The notes: generated from the sequence alone by a model not told the origin. 63,334 nt of DNA from Christensenellaceae bacterium Phil10 (GCA_001940895.1 MSGY01000006.1:131179-194512); one strand, 5' to 3'; shown: positions 9,496-19,533, counted from the first letter of the stretch. Translations and numbers: made by a program.

Positions 9496-10821
9496 TTATT
9501 TTTTGAACGGTTTTTCATATGCGGCCGACCAATCGTCAAATGCTTTTTCGTCGAACGTTTTCGGCATATTCGAGGCGACGCGGCACTCCTTTTTCATTTT
9601 CGCAAGAAGCCCGGCAAGTTGTAAAAGCAATGGCAGTTTCGCAAATCCCTTAACAGCGGCGACGGCCATTTCCGGTACGGACATTTCCACCATTCTTCCC
9701 GCGCTGGCGTCGATAAGAATTTTTTTCGAAACGACGCCCTTGTTCAAAAGAAAATCGACTTCCCCGTCCCTGCTGTTTAAAAGCCAGTTTTTCATCATAT
9801 CGACGGCGGCGTGTTTACCTCCCGTCTGCTTCATAAATTCAGCCTGATAACGGTAAAGATTTGCGATATCGAAGACGTCGCAGTCGCTGTCCGAAAGGGT
9901 ATCTGCAAGTATTTTCGCCGCCTTCATACCGCTTGCCATACCGCTGCCGAGCATAGGTATCGTCATACAGGCCGAGTCGCCTACGGCGGCGTACCCGTTT
10001 GCTACGAAGCGGGACAAGGGGCGTCTTACGGGGATTTGCAGAAGTTGTCCTCCTTTCATAAGCTCGCGTCCGACGATTGCGTTATCGCGACGGATATCGT
10101 CAAGAGCGTTTCCGTAAACGGCGTCGCTCATATTGCCTACGCGGCCTATAAGAACGTCCGCCTGTTTTTCGTCGTGCGAAAGAATACACCACGATATGCC
10201 CGCTTCGCCGAGGTGTTTGAGATAAGCCTTGTTCGTAAACTCGGGACGAGCCGTACCGTCGGGTCTGTCGAAAAAAGCGCGCCGCACGAAAAAAGTGTCG
10301 GAGGGGGCGACGTTTTTCTGAATTTTCATCGATTCGGGCAAAGACCGTCTTACCGCGGAATTTACACCGCCGCAGTCTGCCACCAGACCGGCGCTTACGA
10401 AATCTCCCGATTCGAGTTCTACTCCGATAATGCGGTTGTCCTTGGCAACCGCCCGTCTGACTTTCGTCGAATATCTGACGACAGCGCCGGCGTTTTCGGC
10501 AAGGGTCAGGAGCCAGTCGTTGAACGGGCGACGGTAAATCGACAAATCCAGTTTATCGGCGGGAATTTCGACGAATACGTTTTTTTCTTTTTTCGGAGCG
10601 ATAAAAGTCCAGCAGCGTTTTCTCGTATAAAGATTTTCGGGCGGAAACGGCAGCCCCGCGTCTTCAAACGCCGATTCTTCCATATCGTCGGTCCAGTCGT
10701 AGGAGACTTCGGATTTTTCTTTTGCTTCGTAAACGGTAACTTCAAACCCGCGTTTGCTCGCGAGATATGCGAAAGCGAGACCCGTCTGATTTGCTCCGAC
10801 AACAATAATTTTCTTACTCAT
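9496..10821 (-). CDS. FAD-dependent oxidoreductase, geranylgeranyl-reductase/FixC-like family
   Basis: N-terminal Rossmann-like IIVVGANQTG...VTVYE, ADCGG, VGDSACMTIPMLGSGM (GDAA..P..G.G motif). Confidence 0.75.
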   Translation of the reverse strand: MSKKIIVVGANQTGLAFAYLASKRGFEVTVYEAKEKSEVSYDWTDDMEESAFEDAGLPFPPENLYTRKRCWTFIAPKKEKNVFVEIPADKLDLSIYRRPFNDWLLTLAENAGAVVRYSTKVRRAVAKDNRIIGVELESGDFVSAGLVADCGGVNSAVRRSLPESMKIQKNVAPSDTFFVRRAFFDRPDGTARPEFTNKAYLKHLGEAGISWCILSHDEKQADVLIGRVGNMSDAVYGNALDDIRRDNAIVGRELMKGGQLLQIPVRRPLSRFVANGYAAVGDSACMTIPMLGSGMASGMKAAKILADTLSDSDCDVFDIANLYRYQAEFMKQTGGKHAAVDMMKNWLLNSRDGEVDFLLNKGVVSKKILIDASAGRMVEMSVPEMAVAAVKGFAKLPLLLQLAGLLAKMKKECRVASNMPKTFDEKAFDDWSAAYEKPFKK

Positions 10822-11008
10822 ATTATCTCCCTTTTTTTGTTTAAAAACAAAGTTTATCGTTTGTTTTTTATATATAAACTTGAATTATGTCACTTTATTG
10901 TATTTAGAATTTTTCTTCGTTTGCGTCCGTTATAACGATAAAGCCTTGTTCACCGGTATATCCGACAAAGCAAGGCTCGCAAAAATTTACGACTTACGGA
11001 ATCTTTAT

Positions 11009-11572
11009 TCAGTTGCTCATAACAACGGCAAGGAAGACGCATTTCGCGCCGCCCGTCGCAATCATTCCGTGGGGTTTGCCGCTGTCGTAATACAGACAGT
11101 CGCCCGCGTGCAGGATTTCGATATTGCCGTCGATATTGCATTTCAGGCTGCCTTCGAGAATAAAATCCATTTCCTGACCGTCGTGACTGCTCAGTTTTAT
11201 TTCGCGGTTCTGTTCCTCTTCGGAAAAAGGCGCGGTGACTACGAACGGCTCGGCAATTCTGTTTTTGATATACTGCGCGACGTGCAGATACTCGAAGCCT
11301 TCGCGGCGTTTCAGTTTCATACCGTGTCCCGCGCGGACGATGGAATAGGCGTTAAGATTGGGGGTTTTTCCGACGACGAGTTCGGTTATGTCGATATCGA
11401 GTCGCTTTGCGCAGTTATAGAGCAAAGTAAAGGTAAAATCGCGGTTACCCGCCTCGTAATCGAGATATTCGTCGACGCTTATTCCGGCGCAAGCCGCCAT
11501 TTCCGCGGGGGAAATATCTTCCATTTCGCGGATTCCTTTCAGTCTTTCGGCAATTTCTTGTATTTCAGTCAT
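11009..11572 (-). CDS. XRE-family HTH regulator with cupin domain
   Basis: IAERLKGIRE...YEAG HTH; HDGQEMDFILEG, YYDSGKPHGM cupin. Confidence 0.9.
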   Translation of the reverse strand: MTEIQEIAERLKGIREMEDISPAEMAACAGISVDEYLDYEAGNRDFTFTLLYNCAKRLDIDITELVVGKTPNLNAYSIVRAGHGMKLKRREGFEYLHVAQYIKNRIAEPFVVTAPFSEEEQNREIKLSSHDGQEMDFILEGSLKCNIDGNIEILHAGDCLYYDSGKPHGMIATGGAKCVFLAVVMSN

Positions 11573-11630
11573 ATTCGTACCTCTTTTCTATTGTAAGATA
11601 AAAGAGCGGTCCTGTCAAACGCTAAATGCG

Positions 11631-11813
11631 TCAGGTTGCGGTTGCGGAATTGCCGCAGCGCGAAAACAGACCGCCGCAACCGTTGTCGTCGCATACGAGT
11701 ACGGCAAGCGTTGTGGCAAGAAGAACGGCAAGTTCGGTGCCTTCTATTTCGCCGTCGCGTCCGAAAAGAAGCATAATAATGAAAATATATAAAAGCCAAC
11801 TGTCGTCAAACAT
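11631..11813 (-). CDS. Small hydrophobic protein (60 aa), possibly sporulation-associated
   Basis: SD GAGGTG 5 nt upstream; WLLYIFIIMLLF hydrophobic stretch, Cys/Gly-rich tail. Confidence 0.6.
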   Translation of the reverse strand: MFDDSWLLYIFIIMLLFGRDGEIEGTELAVLLATTLAVLVCDDNGCGGLFSRCGNSATAT

Positions 11814-11923
11814 AAATACACCTCGGCAAATCTCTTAAAAATACAATATGCGACAATAAAGAGCAAATTAACAAAAACGCTTATATTTTTTTTGAAGTAT
11901 AATGGGGACAAGGAAGGTGAAAG

Positions 11924-12256
11924 ATGCCGATTTTAGACGTGAAGACTCAGACCAAAGTCAAATACTACGTGCCGGGCAACGACGTGCTTACCGAATTGTC
12001 CGATTTGTTTTCCGTGCTGTCGGACAGCACGAGAATAAAGATTCTGTCCGCCGTGTGCATAAGCGAAATGTGCGTGTCGGACCTATCGGAAATCCTCGAC
12101 ATAAACCAGACCACCGTTTCGCATCAGCTGAAAATCCTGCGCTCGACGGGAATCGTTAACGCCAGAAGGGACGGCAAGACGATTTACTATTCTCTCGCCA
12201 ACCGGATTATACCCGAAATAATGCGATTCGGTACGCTTTATCTCGGATACTATTGA
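11924..12256 (+). CDS. ArsR/SmtB-family transcriptional regulator
   Basis: FSVLSDSTRIKIL, EMCVSDL, VSHQLKILR, RRDGKTIYYSL. Confidence 0.9.
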   Translation: MPILDVKTQTKVKYYVPGNDVLTELSDLFSVLSDSTRIKILSAVCISEMCVSDLSEILDINQTTVSHQLKILRSTGIVNARRDGKTIYYSLANRIIPEIMRFGTLYLGYY

Positions 12257-12297
12257 CGGGGCTTAAATACGCCCGAGGGCTTTTTTTTGCTTTTTTA

Positions 12298-12327
12298 TTG
12301 ACACGGCGCTTTTTTTTCGGTTATAAT
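12298..12327 (+). promoter_or_regulatory. Sigma-A promoter of hup
   Basis: TTGACA-N18-TATAAT. Confidence 0.75.
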
Positions 12328-12362
12328 CAACGTATGGCATATCGCCAATAACGGAGGATTAT

Positions 12363-12635
12363 ATGAATAAAAACGAATTTGTCGGCGCAGTCGCCGCGAA
12401 AGCAAACATCTCACAAGCCGCCGCTAAAGAAGCAATCGACGCAGTTCTTCAGGTAATTGCGGAAGCATTGAAAGACAACAACGATGTCGCACTCGTAGGT
12501 TTCGGTACGTTTAAGGCAAAAGAGAATGCCGCAAGAAAGGGCGTCAACCCCGCTACCGGCGCAGTCATCGATATCCCCGCCAAAAAGACCGTGGCGTTCA
12601 AGGCGGGCAAAACTCTTCTTGAAGAAATCAAATAA
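12363..12635 (+). CDS. hup: DNA-binding protein HU
   Basis: MNKNEF, LVGFGTF, ARKGVNPATG, IPAKKTVAFKAGK. Confidence 0.96.
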   Translation: MNKNEFVGAVAAKANISQAAAKEAIDAVLQVIAEALKDNNDVALVGFGTFKAKENAARKGVNPATGAVIDIPAKKTVAFKAGKTLLEEIK

Positions 12636-12649
12636 TCTTCAAAAACGGG

Positions 12650-12679
12650 ATACCACCGCGTTTGCGGTGGTATTTTTTT
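12650..12679 (+). terminator. Intrinsic terminator after hup
   Basis: ATACCACCGC-gttt-GCGGTGGTAT followed by T-tract. Confidence 0.85.
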
Positions 12680-12787
12680 GCTCTTTTTACATCGAAATTC
12701 CTGTCGAAACGATAAAATTTCCGAAAACTGTTGACGAAACGGGTCGGTTTTTATAAAATTAAGGAAAAAGATAAGGGAAGGAATATT

Positions 12788-14311
12788 TTGAAAAGGGCCG
12801 AAGGCGCGCGTTACGCCTTAATTTTGCTGGCGCTCGGCATTTTGCTTTTTGCCGCATGCGACAGAATTCAGAGCACAGAATTTTATACCGTAAGCGGATA
12901 CGTAGAAACGGACGCGGGATACGATGATATCTTGGTTTACGTCAACGACGTCGAAAGCGACTTTAAAATCGCCGCCGACGGTTCGTTTTCTTTCGGCAAT
13001 CTGAAACCGGGCGACGTCGTATCTTTCCGGCTGAAAGGATACGAATTCAATTCCTACACCGTTTACCGCTCGTCGGTCGACGGCGTTCAGATTTGCGGCA
13101 CGCGCAAAAAGATTTTTATAAATATCAGATACGACAAGGAAAAGGGCCGCGTTTCGGGCGGCGGACAATACGAATACGGAGACGAGGTCGTCCTGTCTTT
13201 TTATCCCGGGGAGGGTTGCGAATACAAAGGCCTGTACGAGGACGGCGTTCTCGTAAGCGACGGTGAAACGGAAGTATTCACGGCGGAATCTTCAAAAGAA
13301 TATACGGCGGAATTTGCGCCGAAAACGCACGAAGTGAGAATTGTCGACGGAAGATATCCTTTATCGGAGGGCGAAATCATAAAAGCGACGCACGGGGAAA
13401 GGATAAACCTCCGCGCGGACGACGACGAAAACTTCGTTTTTGCATACTGGAAAATCAACGGCGAAAAAACACCCGGAAACGATATCTGTTTTATCGTAAA
13501 CGACGACGCGGTTATCGAAAAAGTTTTTCTGAAAAGACTCGAAAAGCCGACGATAGTAAAATACGGAAACGAAATCCGCGTTTCTCTTCCCGAAGGAGCC
13601 GAAGAGTACGACGTCATTATAGACGGTAACGCCGGCGGTTTCTACTTGTGCGAAGAGGAAGGAGAGGTTTCGCTCGACCTTAAAAAATCGTCGGTAACCA
13701 GCGGAAGGCACGAAATAGCGGTTGTCGTAAGGGGGAAGGATTCGGGAGAAAACGTCGGAACGCTCGCGTTCGATTACGAAAGACCGCCCGACGCGCCTAA
13801 ACGCGCAGGTATGCTCGTAGGGGAAACCGAAATCTTTTTCGTTTTTTCCGCCGTGCCCGCCGCAAAATCTTACGACGTCGAAATCAACGGCGAAAGAAAA
13901 AGCCTCTCGGACTTCAAATACGTTGTGACGGCCGAAGAAATATCCGTTCGCGTGGATTGCGTTTTCGACTTGCCCGGCAACTATCGTTTCCGCGCGTTCG
14001 CCAAAGGAGACGGCACGGAGAGCGACCCGAGCGACGCGGCGTATTACGAATACTTCGGACAAATCGACGCCCCGGGGGTTAAAGCCGAGGGCTATACTCT
14101 GATTCTGACGCATCCCCTTGCCGACGCCCAATTACGCGTGGAGATTAACGGCGTTACGGTTTACGAAGGAAAGAGCGGAAGAGTCGACCTGAAAAAGTAT
14201 ATTACCGAAGAGGAGGCGGAAATCAGGGTTATCGCAAGCGCTGACGGCATGAAATCCGCACAAACGACGGTAAGAATAAAATTTACGGACAAAGGGGAAG
14301 AAAACCAATGA
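12788..14311 (+). CDS. Predicted lipoprotein with beta-rich (InlB-B-like/FN3-like) domains
   Basis: Probable TTG start at 12788; lipobox LFAAC; GRVSGGGQYEYGDEV, FVFAYWKING repeats; exact start uncertain. Confidence 0.7.
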   Translation: MKRAEGARYALILLALGILLFAACDRIQSTEFYTVSGYVETDAGYDDILVYVNDVESDFKIAADGSFSFGNLKPGDVVSFRLKGYEFNSYTVYRSSVDGVQICGTRKKIFINIRYDKEKGRVSGGGQYEYGDEVVLSFYPGEGCEYKGLYEDGVLVSDGETEVFTAESSKEYTAEFAPKTHEVRIVDGRYPLSEGEIIKATHGERINLRADDDENFVFAYWKINGEKTPGNDICFIVNDDAVIEKVFLKRLEKPTIVKYGNEIRVSLPEGAEEYDVIIDGNAGGFYLCEEEGEVSLDLKKSSVTSGRHEIAVVVRGKDSGENVGTLAFDYERPPDAPKRAGMLVGETEIFFVFSAVPAAKSYDVEINGERKSLSDFKYVVTAEEISVRVDCVFDLPGNYRFRAFAKGDGTESDPSDAAYYEYFGQIDAPGVKAEGYTLILTHPLADAQLRVEINGVTVYEGKSGRVDLKKYITEEEAEIRVIASADGMKSAQTTVRIKFTDKGEENQ

Positions 14312-16323
14312 AAAAGACAGCGATAATATTTCTGATTGCGGCAGCGGCCGTTTTCGCGTTAACGTGTTTTCCTTGCGAAGCGTCCTATGCGGCGGAAGGG
14401 AAAGTTTTGCCTCCCGAAAACGTTAGTCTGGTTTGCGACGGGACCGACTATTACGTTATCTGGGAAGCGGGATATAACGAGGGATTCGTCATAACGATAA
14501 ACGGCGCGAACGAAACACTTCCGAAAGACTGCGACAGATATCTTCTGCCTGACTGCGCCGCGGGAAAAACGTATGCGGTAAAAATTAAAACCGTTGCGCC
14601 CGACGGAAGGGAGGATTCGGATTTTTCCGAAGAAAAAATCTTTGTGATACCGCTTAAACTTTCGTCACCCGAAAACATTGCCGTATCCGACGAAAAGATT
14701 CTGACGTTCGACGCGGTAAACGGCGCGCTGTCGTACAAGGTAGTTATAAACGGGGTAAAGATTGCCGACGGAACAACGGAAACGAGTATCGACCTCGCTC
14801 CGTTCCTGAAAAGTTCGGGCGGATATCTTATAAAAGTTATGGCGCAAGGCGATAACGAACACGTTCTGGACGGTAAGTTTTCGTCGCTTTATTATGAAAA
14901 CGAACCCGAGCTGACTTCTCCCGCGAATTTGTCCGTATGCGAAATCGACGGCGAGGTAATCGTCAGTTGGGACAGCGTGCCCTATGCGACGGGTTATGAA
15001 ATAACCGTAAACGGAAATACGCAAAAAACCGAGCTTAATCAGGCAGATATTACAGATAAAGTGCTTGTTGCCGATGATTATAACATAAAAGTATGCGCGG
15101 TTTCGGACGCGGGATTTAAATCGTCGGGATATTCCGAAATCACTTATTCCAAAAGAGTCGAGCTGTCGGCGCCTCTTCTTCTGGCGTCGGAAACCGGAAA
15201 CAGAATTACGTGGGAAAAAGAAGAGGGCGCTTCCCTTTATGCGGTAACGCTCACGTTTATGGGTAAGATTATTGACGAGAGGGCGGAATACTCCGACACG
15301 TTTTACGACCTTACGGACGCGCTGACGGAAAACGGCGCGGGCGAATACGTACTGAGCGTGGCTGCGCTGTCCAACGGCAATTACGACTACTCGGACACGG
15401 CTTATTATACGCATAAAGAGTTTTGTAAACTCGCGGCGCCCGAAATTACTTTAAGCGGAACGACCGTAAGCTGGAACGCTGTGGAAAACGCGGCGGATTA
15501 TAAAATATGCGTTGACGGCAGGGTTGTCGAAAGCAATTTAGGCGCCACGTCTTTTGATTTTTCCGATTATATTGCGGAATCCAAAACATATCTTATTTCG
15601 GTATCCTGCAATGCAAACGGCTGGTATCTCGCGTCCGACGCGGCCGAAACCGAATACAAAAACACCGTTAAACTCGGAACGCCCGACCTGACGGCCGATA
15701 ACGCCGTCGTTTCGTGGACGGAAGTGCTCGGGGCGACTTCTTACGACGTAACGGTAGACGGGAAGTTTTACGTAAACACGGCGGAAACCTCTCTTAATCT
15801 CGGCGAAGCGCTGACAGGAGGAAAAGATTACGTTATCGGCGTGCGGGCGAAGGCCGACGGATACGAAACGGGCGATGAAAAAACTATCGTCGTGAGAATT
15901 GAAAACAACGCGGTCGATACGCTTAAGTATTCCACCGCCCTTCTGGGAAACGAGGATAAACATGCGGCTATAATATACGTCGACGGCGCAAAAACCGGTT
16001 ATAAATTCGACTCCGACGGATATCTCGTTCTTCCTTCGGACGTGAAAACGATTATTATTGTTTTGTCATCCGAATATATGGCGGAAAAAGTCGCAAACGC
16101 AAATGAAACGGGCGGCGTCGTGGAATTATACGCCGAGATAAATCTCGAAGAATCCACCTATAACGCAAACAGCGACAGTTTCGAACTGAAGCTGATACTC
16201 TGCGAATTCGTGTCGTGGGAAATCGTTGCCGACGACGGGGCGGACGAAGCGGATTTCATAACGGTTGACGGAATAAATTACTATTATCACAAAAAAACGG
16301 GAGGCTACATGCCTTTCTTATGA
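14308..16323 (+). CDS. Secreted protein with 5-6 fibronectin-III-like repeats
   Basis: Signal peptide; repeated L..P.(N)L/I....W..V..A..Y...(I/V)(N/D)G units; ATGA overlap with upstream gene. Confidence 0.75.
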   Translation: MKKTAIIFLIAAAAVFALTCFPCEASYAAEGKVLPPENVSLVCDGTDYYVIWEAGYNEGFVITINGANETLPKDCDRYLLPDCAAGKTYAVKIKTVAPDGREDSDFSEEKIFVIPLKLSSPENIAVSDEKILTFDAVNGALSYKVVINGVKIADGTTETSIDLAPFLKSSGGYLIKVMAQGDNEHVLDGKFSSLYYENEPELTSPANLSVCEIDGEVIVSWDSVPYATGYEITVNGNTQKTELNQADITDKVLVADDYNIKVCAVSDAGFKSSGYSEITYSKRVELSAPLLLASETGNRITWEKEEGASLYAVTLTFMGKIIDERAEYSDTFYDLTDALTENGAGEYVLSVAALSNGNYDYSDTAYYTHKEFCKLAAPEITLSGTTVSWNAVENAADYKICVDGRVVESNLGATSFDFSDYIAESKTYLISVSCNANGWYLASDAAETEYKNTVKLGTPDLTADNAVVSWTEVLGATSYDVTVDGKFYVNTAETSLNLGEALTGGKDYVIGVRAKADGYETGDEKTIVVRIENNAVDTLKYSTALLGNEDKHAAIIYVDGAKTGYKFDSDGYLVLPSDVKTIIIVLSSEYMAEKVANANETGGVVELYAEINLEESTYNANSDSFELKLILCEFVSWEIVADDGADEADFITVDGINYYYHKKTGGYMPFL

Positions 16324-16391
16324 AGAAAAGCATTGTATTTTGGCCGATATACTGATATAATTTATCATAAGCAAAAGGAAGAGGAGCAATT

Positions 16392-17237
16392 ATGAGCGTT
16401 GACAAATCGTTGAAAATACAGCTGACCGATTACGACGTAAAGGAAATCGCGCCGAAAATTTACAAAATTAACGAATACAATCTTTCGACGATGTTCGTAA
16501 TCGTAGGCAGCGAGCGCGCGCTGTGCATAGATTGCGGAACGGGCGTCGGGGACTATAAGGCGGTTATCGAAAAACTTACAGAAGGAAAGCCTTACGATAT
16601 GGTTTTATCGCACGGTCACGTCGATCACGCGGGCGGCCGCGAACAATTCGAAAGGATTTTCGTAGGAGAAAAGGATTTAAACATCGTAAAAGAAGCGACG
16701 CTTGCTTACCGCAGATTTTACATTCTCGTAATGCGTTATCTGATGTTTTTCAAGTGCATTAAATTCAAGGACGCGATTATGAAAAAAGTCGGGAAAGAAC
16801 CCGAGCTTATTCCCGTAAAAGAAGGTTTCGTATTCGATCTCGGCGACAGAAAAATCGAGGTATTCGAAAGTCCCGGACATACCGAAGGCTGTCTGTGCTT
16901 TTTGTCCCGAAGCGATAAAATAATGTTTTCGGGCGATACGTTCAACCCGCTCGAACTGATGTTCCTCGCCCACGCGACTTCCATAGAAGAATACCGCGAA
17001 ACTTTAAATAAGATACTTGCAATCGAAGGATACGACCTGTTGTGGCCGTCGCATCTTAAAGACCCGCTGACAAGGAAAGACGGCGAGGCGATAGCGGCTG
17101 CCGCAGACAAAATTCTTAAACAAAAACATAATTTCTTTTTGCCGTCGATATTCATAAAATCCAAAAACGGTTACAGCATAATATACCGTCCCGACCACGT
17201 TCGTCGCAAAAAGAAAGAACGCAAAAAACAACTTTAA
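16392..17237 (+). CDS. Metallo-beta-lactamase-fold hydrolase
   Basis: SHGHVDHAGG, PGHT, FSGDT, PSH motifs. Confidence 0.9.
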   Translation: MSVDKSLKIQLTDYDVKEIAPKIYKINEYNLSTMFVIVGSERALCIDCGTGVGDYKAVIEKLTEGKPYDMVLSHGHVDHAGGREQFERIFVGEKDLNIVKEATLAYRRFYILVMRYLMFFKCIKFKDAIMKKVGKEPELIPVKEGFVFDLGDRKIEVFESPGHTEGCLCFLSRSDKIMFSGDTFNPLELMFLAHATSIEEYRETLNKILAIEGYDLLWPSHLKDPLTRKDGEAIAAAADKILKQKHNFFLPSIFIKSKNGYSIIYRPDHVRRKKKERKKQL

Positions 17238-17303
17238 CTATTAAAAATATGCGGTAAACTGCGCAAAACGCGCAATTACCGCGTTTTATTTTAAGGAGGC
17301 AAT

Positions 17304-17825
17304 ATGATTATTTTCGCAAAATACGGAGAATACGACAGGCGCGAACTTATCGACGAATGTCTTACGAGATATCTCGAAACGCTGAAATTGACGAAACTCG
17401 AAGGCGAGGTAAAAGAAGAAAAACACCGCAACGAAAAACCCTATTTCAAGGATTATCCTTTCGTCAGGTTTTCGGTATCGCACAGCGGTTCGCTCGTTGT
17501 CGTTGCGATGGCGGAAACCGAGGTCGGAATAGACGTAGAGGAGATAAAAGAAAAGCCGTACGGCCGTATTGTCGAAAGAAACTTCACGGCGGGCGAGGCC
17601 GCGGAGGTTAAAGACCTTGAAAGTTTTCTGAAAGTGTGGACTAAAAAAGAGGCGTATCTGAAACTTACGGGAGACGGGTTGTCGGGACTTCGTTCGTCCG
17701 ACGTATCGAAACCTCTTTTTTACGATGGCAAGCCCGTCGAATCCACGACGCTTGCGATATTCGACGGATACGTCGGGACCGTCGTAGCGGAAAGCCAGCC
17801 GATAATTTTCGTTCAACTCGATTGA
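17304..17825 (+). CDS. 4'-phosphopantetheinyl transferase (Sfp-like)
   Basis: KPYF, FSVSHS, VGIDVE, WTKKEAYLKLTGDG. Confidence 0.92.
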   Translation: MIIFAKYGEYDRRELIDECLTRYLETLKLTKLEGEVKEEKHRNEKPYFKDYPFVRFSVSHSGSLVVVAMAETEVGIDVEEIKEKPYGRIVERNFTAGEAAEVKDLESFLKVWTKKEAYLKLTGDGLSGLRSSDVSKPLFYDGKPVESTTLAIFDGYVGTVVAESQPIIFVQLD

Positions 17826-17875
17826 CTATCGCCGAGCTTTAATGTAAAATGTAATAAACTCAAGGAGGACCGGCT

Positions 17876-18106
17876 ATGATATTCGAAAAATTGCAGGAAA
17901 TGCTCGTAAATCAACTTGGAATCGACAAGGATAAAGTAACGCCCGACGCCGATATCATAAAAGATATAGGGGCGGACAGTCTCGATATCGTGGAAATGCT
18001 TATGGACGTTGAAAACGAATGGGGAATAACCGTCGACGACGACGCGGTGAAAGACCTTCATACGATAGGCGACATTGTAAAGTATATCGAAAACAACAAG
18101 AAATAA
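17876..18106 (+). CDS. acpP: Acyl carrier protein
   Basis: GADSLDIVE Ppant site; own promoter TTGACT-N17-TAAAAT from 17822. Confidence 0.93.
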   Translation: MIFEKLQEMLVNQLGIDKDKVTPDADIIKDIGADSLDIVEMLMDVENEWGITVDDDAVKDLHTIGDIVKYIENNKK

Positions 18107-18248
18107 GAAAGGCGCAAATTACCTGAAAGGCGGGAAATATCCTGCCTTTTCTTTTGCATAAACCGTCTTTTCAACGAATGTTTCAAAATGAATTGCGGAC
18201 GGACGGCGCGTGTGGTATAATAACGGTATCTGAAAAATGGAGGATATT

Positions 18249-19517
18249 ATGACAGATTTTGATTTTAAAGCCGCATCCGAAAGTATGATGGACTTTATCA
18301 AAAAGGTGGAAACGGAGGTGGGACCGAGACTTCCCGGTTCCGAAGAGGAGCGCCGCGGCGCAGCGCTCATTAAGGAAGAATACGAGAAAAATATCGGAAT
18401 AAAACCGATATCCGAACCGTTCAAAGTAGCGCCCGAAAGCGGTATCGGCTCAATTCCTTATATCGGTATAGGCGGACTTATCGCGATGATACTCTTTTTG
18501 ATTTACCCGATAGCGGGCGCAATCGTGGCGGTGCTTTGTTTCGTTTATTTCGGCTTAATGGCAGGATTCTACACCCAGATTTTCGATTTTCTGTGGAAGA
18601 AAAAGGACACCGAAAATTTTTATACGGTACAGGAGCCTGCGTCGGGGAAAGTTGACTACACCATTGTGTTATCGGCGCACTACGACAGCAGCTGGAACTG
18701 GAATCTCGCAAAGAAAAATCCCAAGACGTTTATTCCCAAAATCGTTTACGGCGTAGTAGGTTTGCTGTCCGTGCTCGTTTTCGGTTTTGTGCTCGAGTTT
18801 GTAGACGGTATGGCGTTTGCGCAACCGTTGTGGAAAAACGCCGCGACAATCGCAAGCTGGCCGTGGTACGTATATCTTGCATACATATTGCCCATAGTAT
18901 GCATACCCGGTATTTATTTCGTTACGCAGTTCCTGTCGCACGACAAAACCATCGCTTCTCCCGGTTGTATGGATAACCTTACGGGAATAGGACTCAATCA
19001 GGAAATCGCAAAACACTTCAGCGCTCATCCCGAGGACCTTCCCGAAAACTGCCGTCTTATCTGTGCGGCAATGGCGTGCGAGGAGTCGGGTCTTCGCGGC
19101 TCGCGTGCGTTCGTAAAAAGACATAAGGACGACGGAATGCTTAAAAACTGCTATCAGATTAACGTCGACAGCATTTCCGACGAAGACTATTTCGAAGTTA
19201 TTCAGGGCGACGCCGTGCAGATGTGCAAATTCGACCAGGAACTCGGCGACATGCTTTACGACAGTCTGCGTGAACTCGGTCTCATCAAAAAGACCGGCCG
19301 CATATGGAACCCCGTAGGAGGATGCGACAGCACGCCGTTCTGCCGTGCGGGCGTAAAGACGATAACGTTTGCCGCGCAAAACCCCGTCGCAACCGACTAC
19401 TATCATACGAGCAACGACAAATCCGATCGCTTGAAGACAAGCGTTTTCGAGGGCGGAATTCAGGCGGTATATATGACAATCAAAAAAATCGGCGAAAAAG
19501 AAGCCTCGAAAAAATAA
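18249..19517 (+). CDS. Membrane-embedded M28-family Zn peptidase/amidase
   Basis: SAHYDS, PGCMDN, CEESG, NVDS, YYHT ligands all intact; several TM helices; ATG 18249 follows GGAGG. Confidence 0.8.
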   Translation: MTDFDFKAASESMMDFIKKVETEVGPRLPGSEEERRGAALIKEEYEKNIGIKPISEPFKVAPESGIGSIPYIGIGGLIAMILFLIYPIAGAIVAVLCFVYFGLMAGFYTQIFDFLWKKKDTENFYTVQEPASGKVDYTIVLSAHYDSSWNWNLAKKNPKTFIPKIVYGVVGLLSVLVFGFVLEFVDGMAFAQPLWKNAATIASWPWYVYLAYILPIVCIPGIYFVTQFLSHDKTIASPGCMDNLTGIGLNQEIAKHFSAHPEDLPENCRLICAAMACEESGLRGSRAFVKRHKDDGMLKNCYQINVDSISDEDYFEVIQGDAVQMCKFDQELGDMLYDSLRELGLIKKTGRIWNPVGGCDSTPFCRAGVKTITFAAQNPVATDYYHTSNDKSDRLKTSVFEGGIQAVYMTIKKIGEKEASKK

Positions 19518-19533
19518 TCGTTCCGTATTAACG

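Noticed and set aside
17304-18106. PPTase plus ACP as an NRPS/PKS cluster
   Set aside because: No adenylation, ketosynthase or condensation domains in the window
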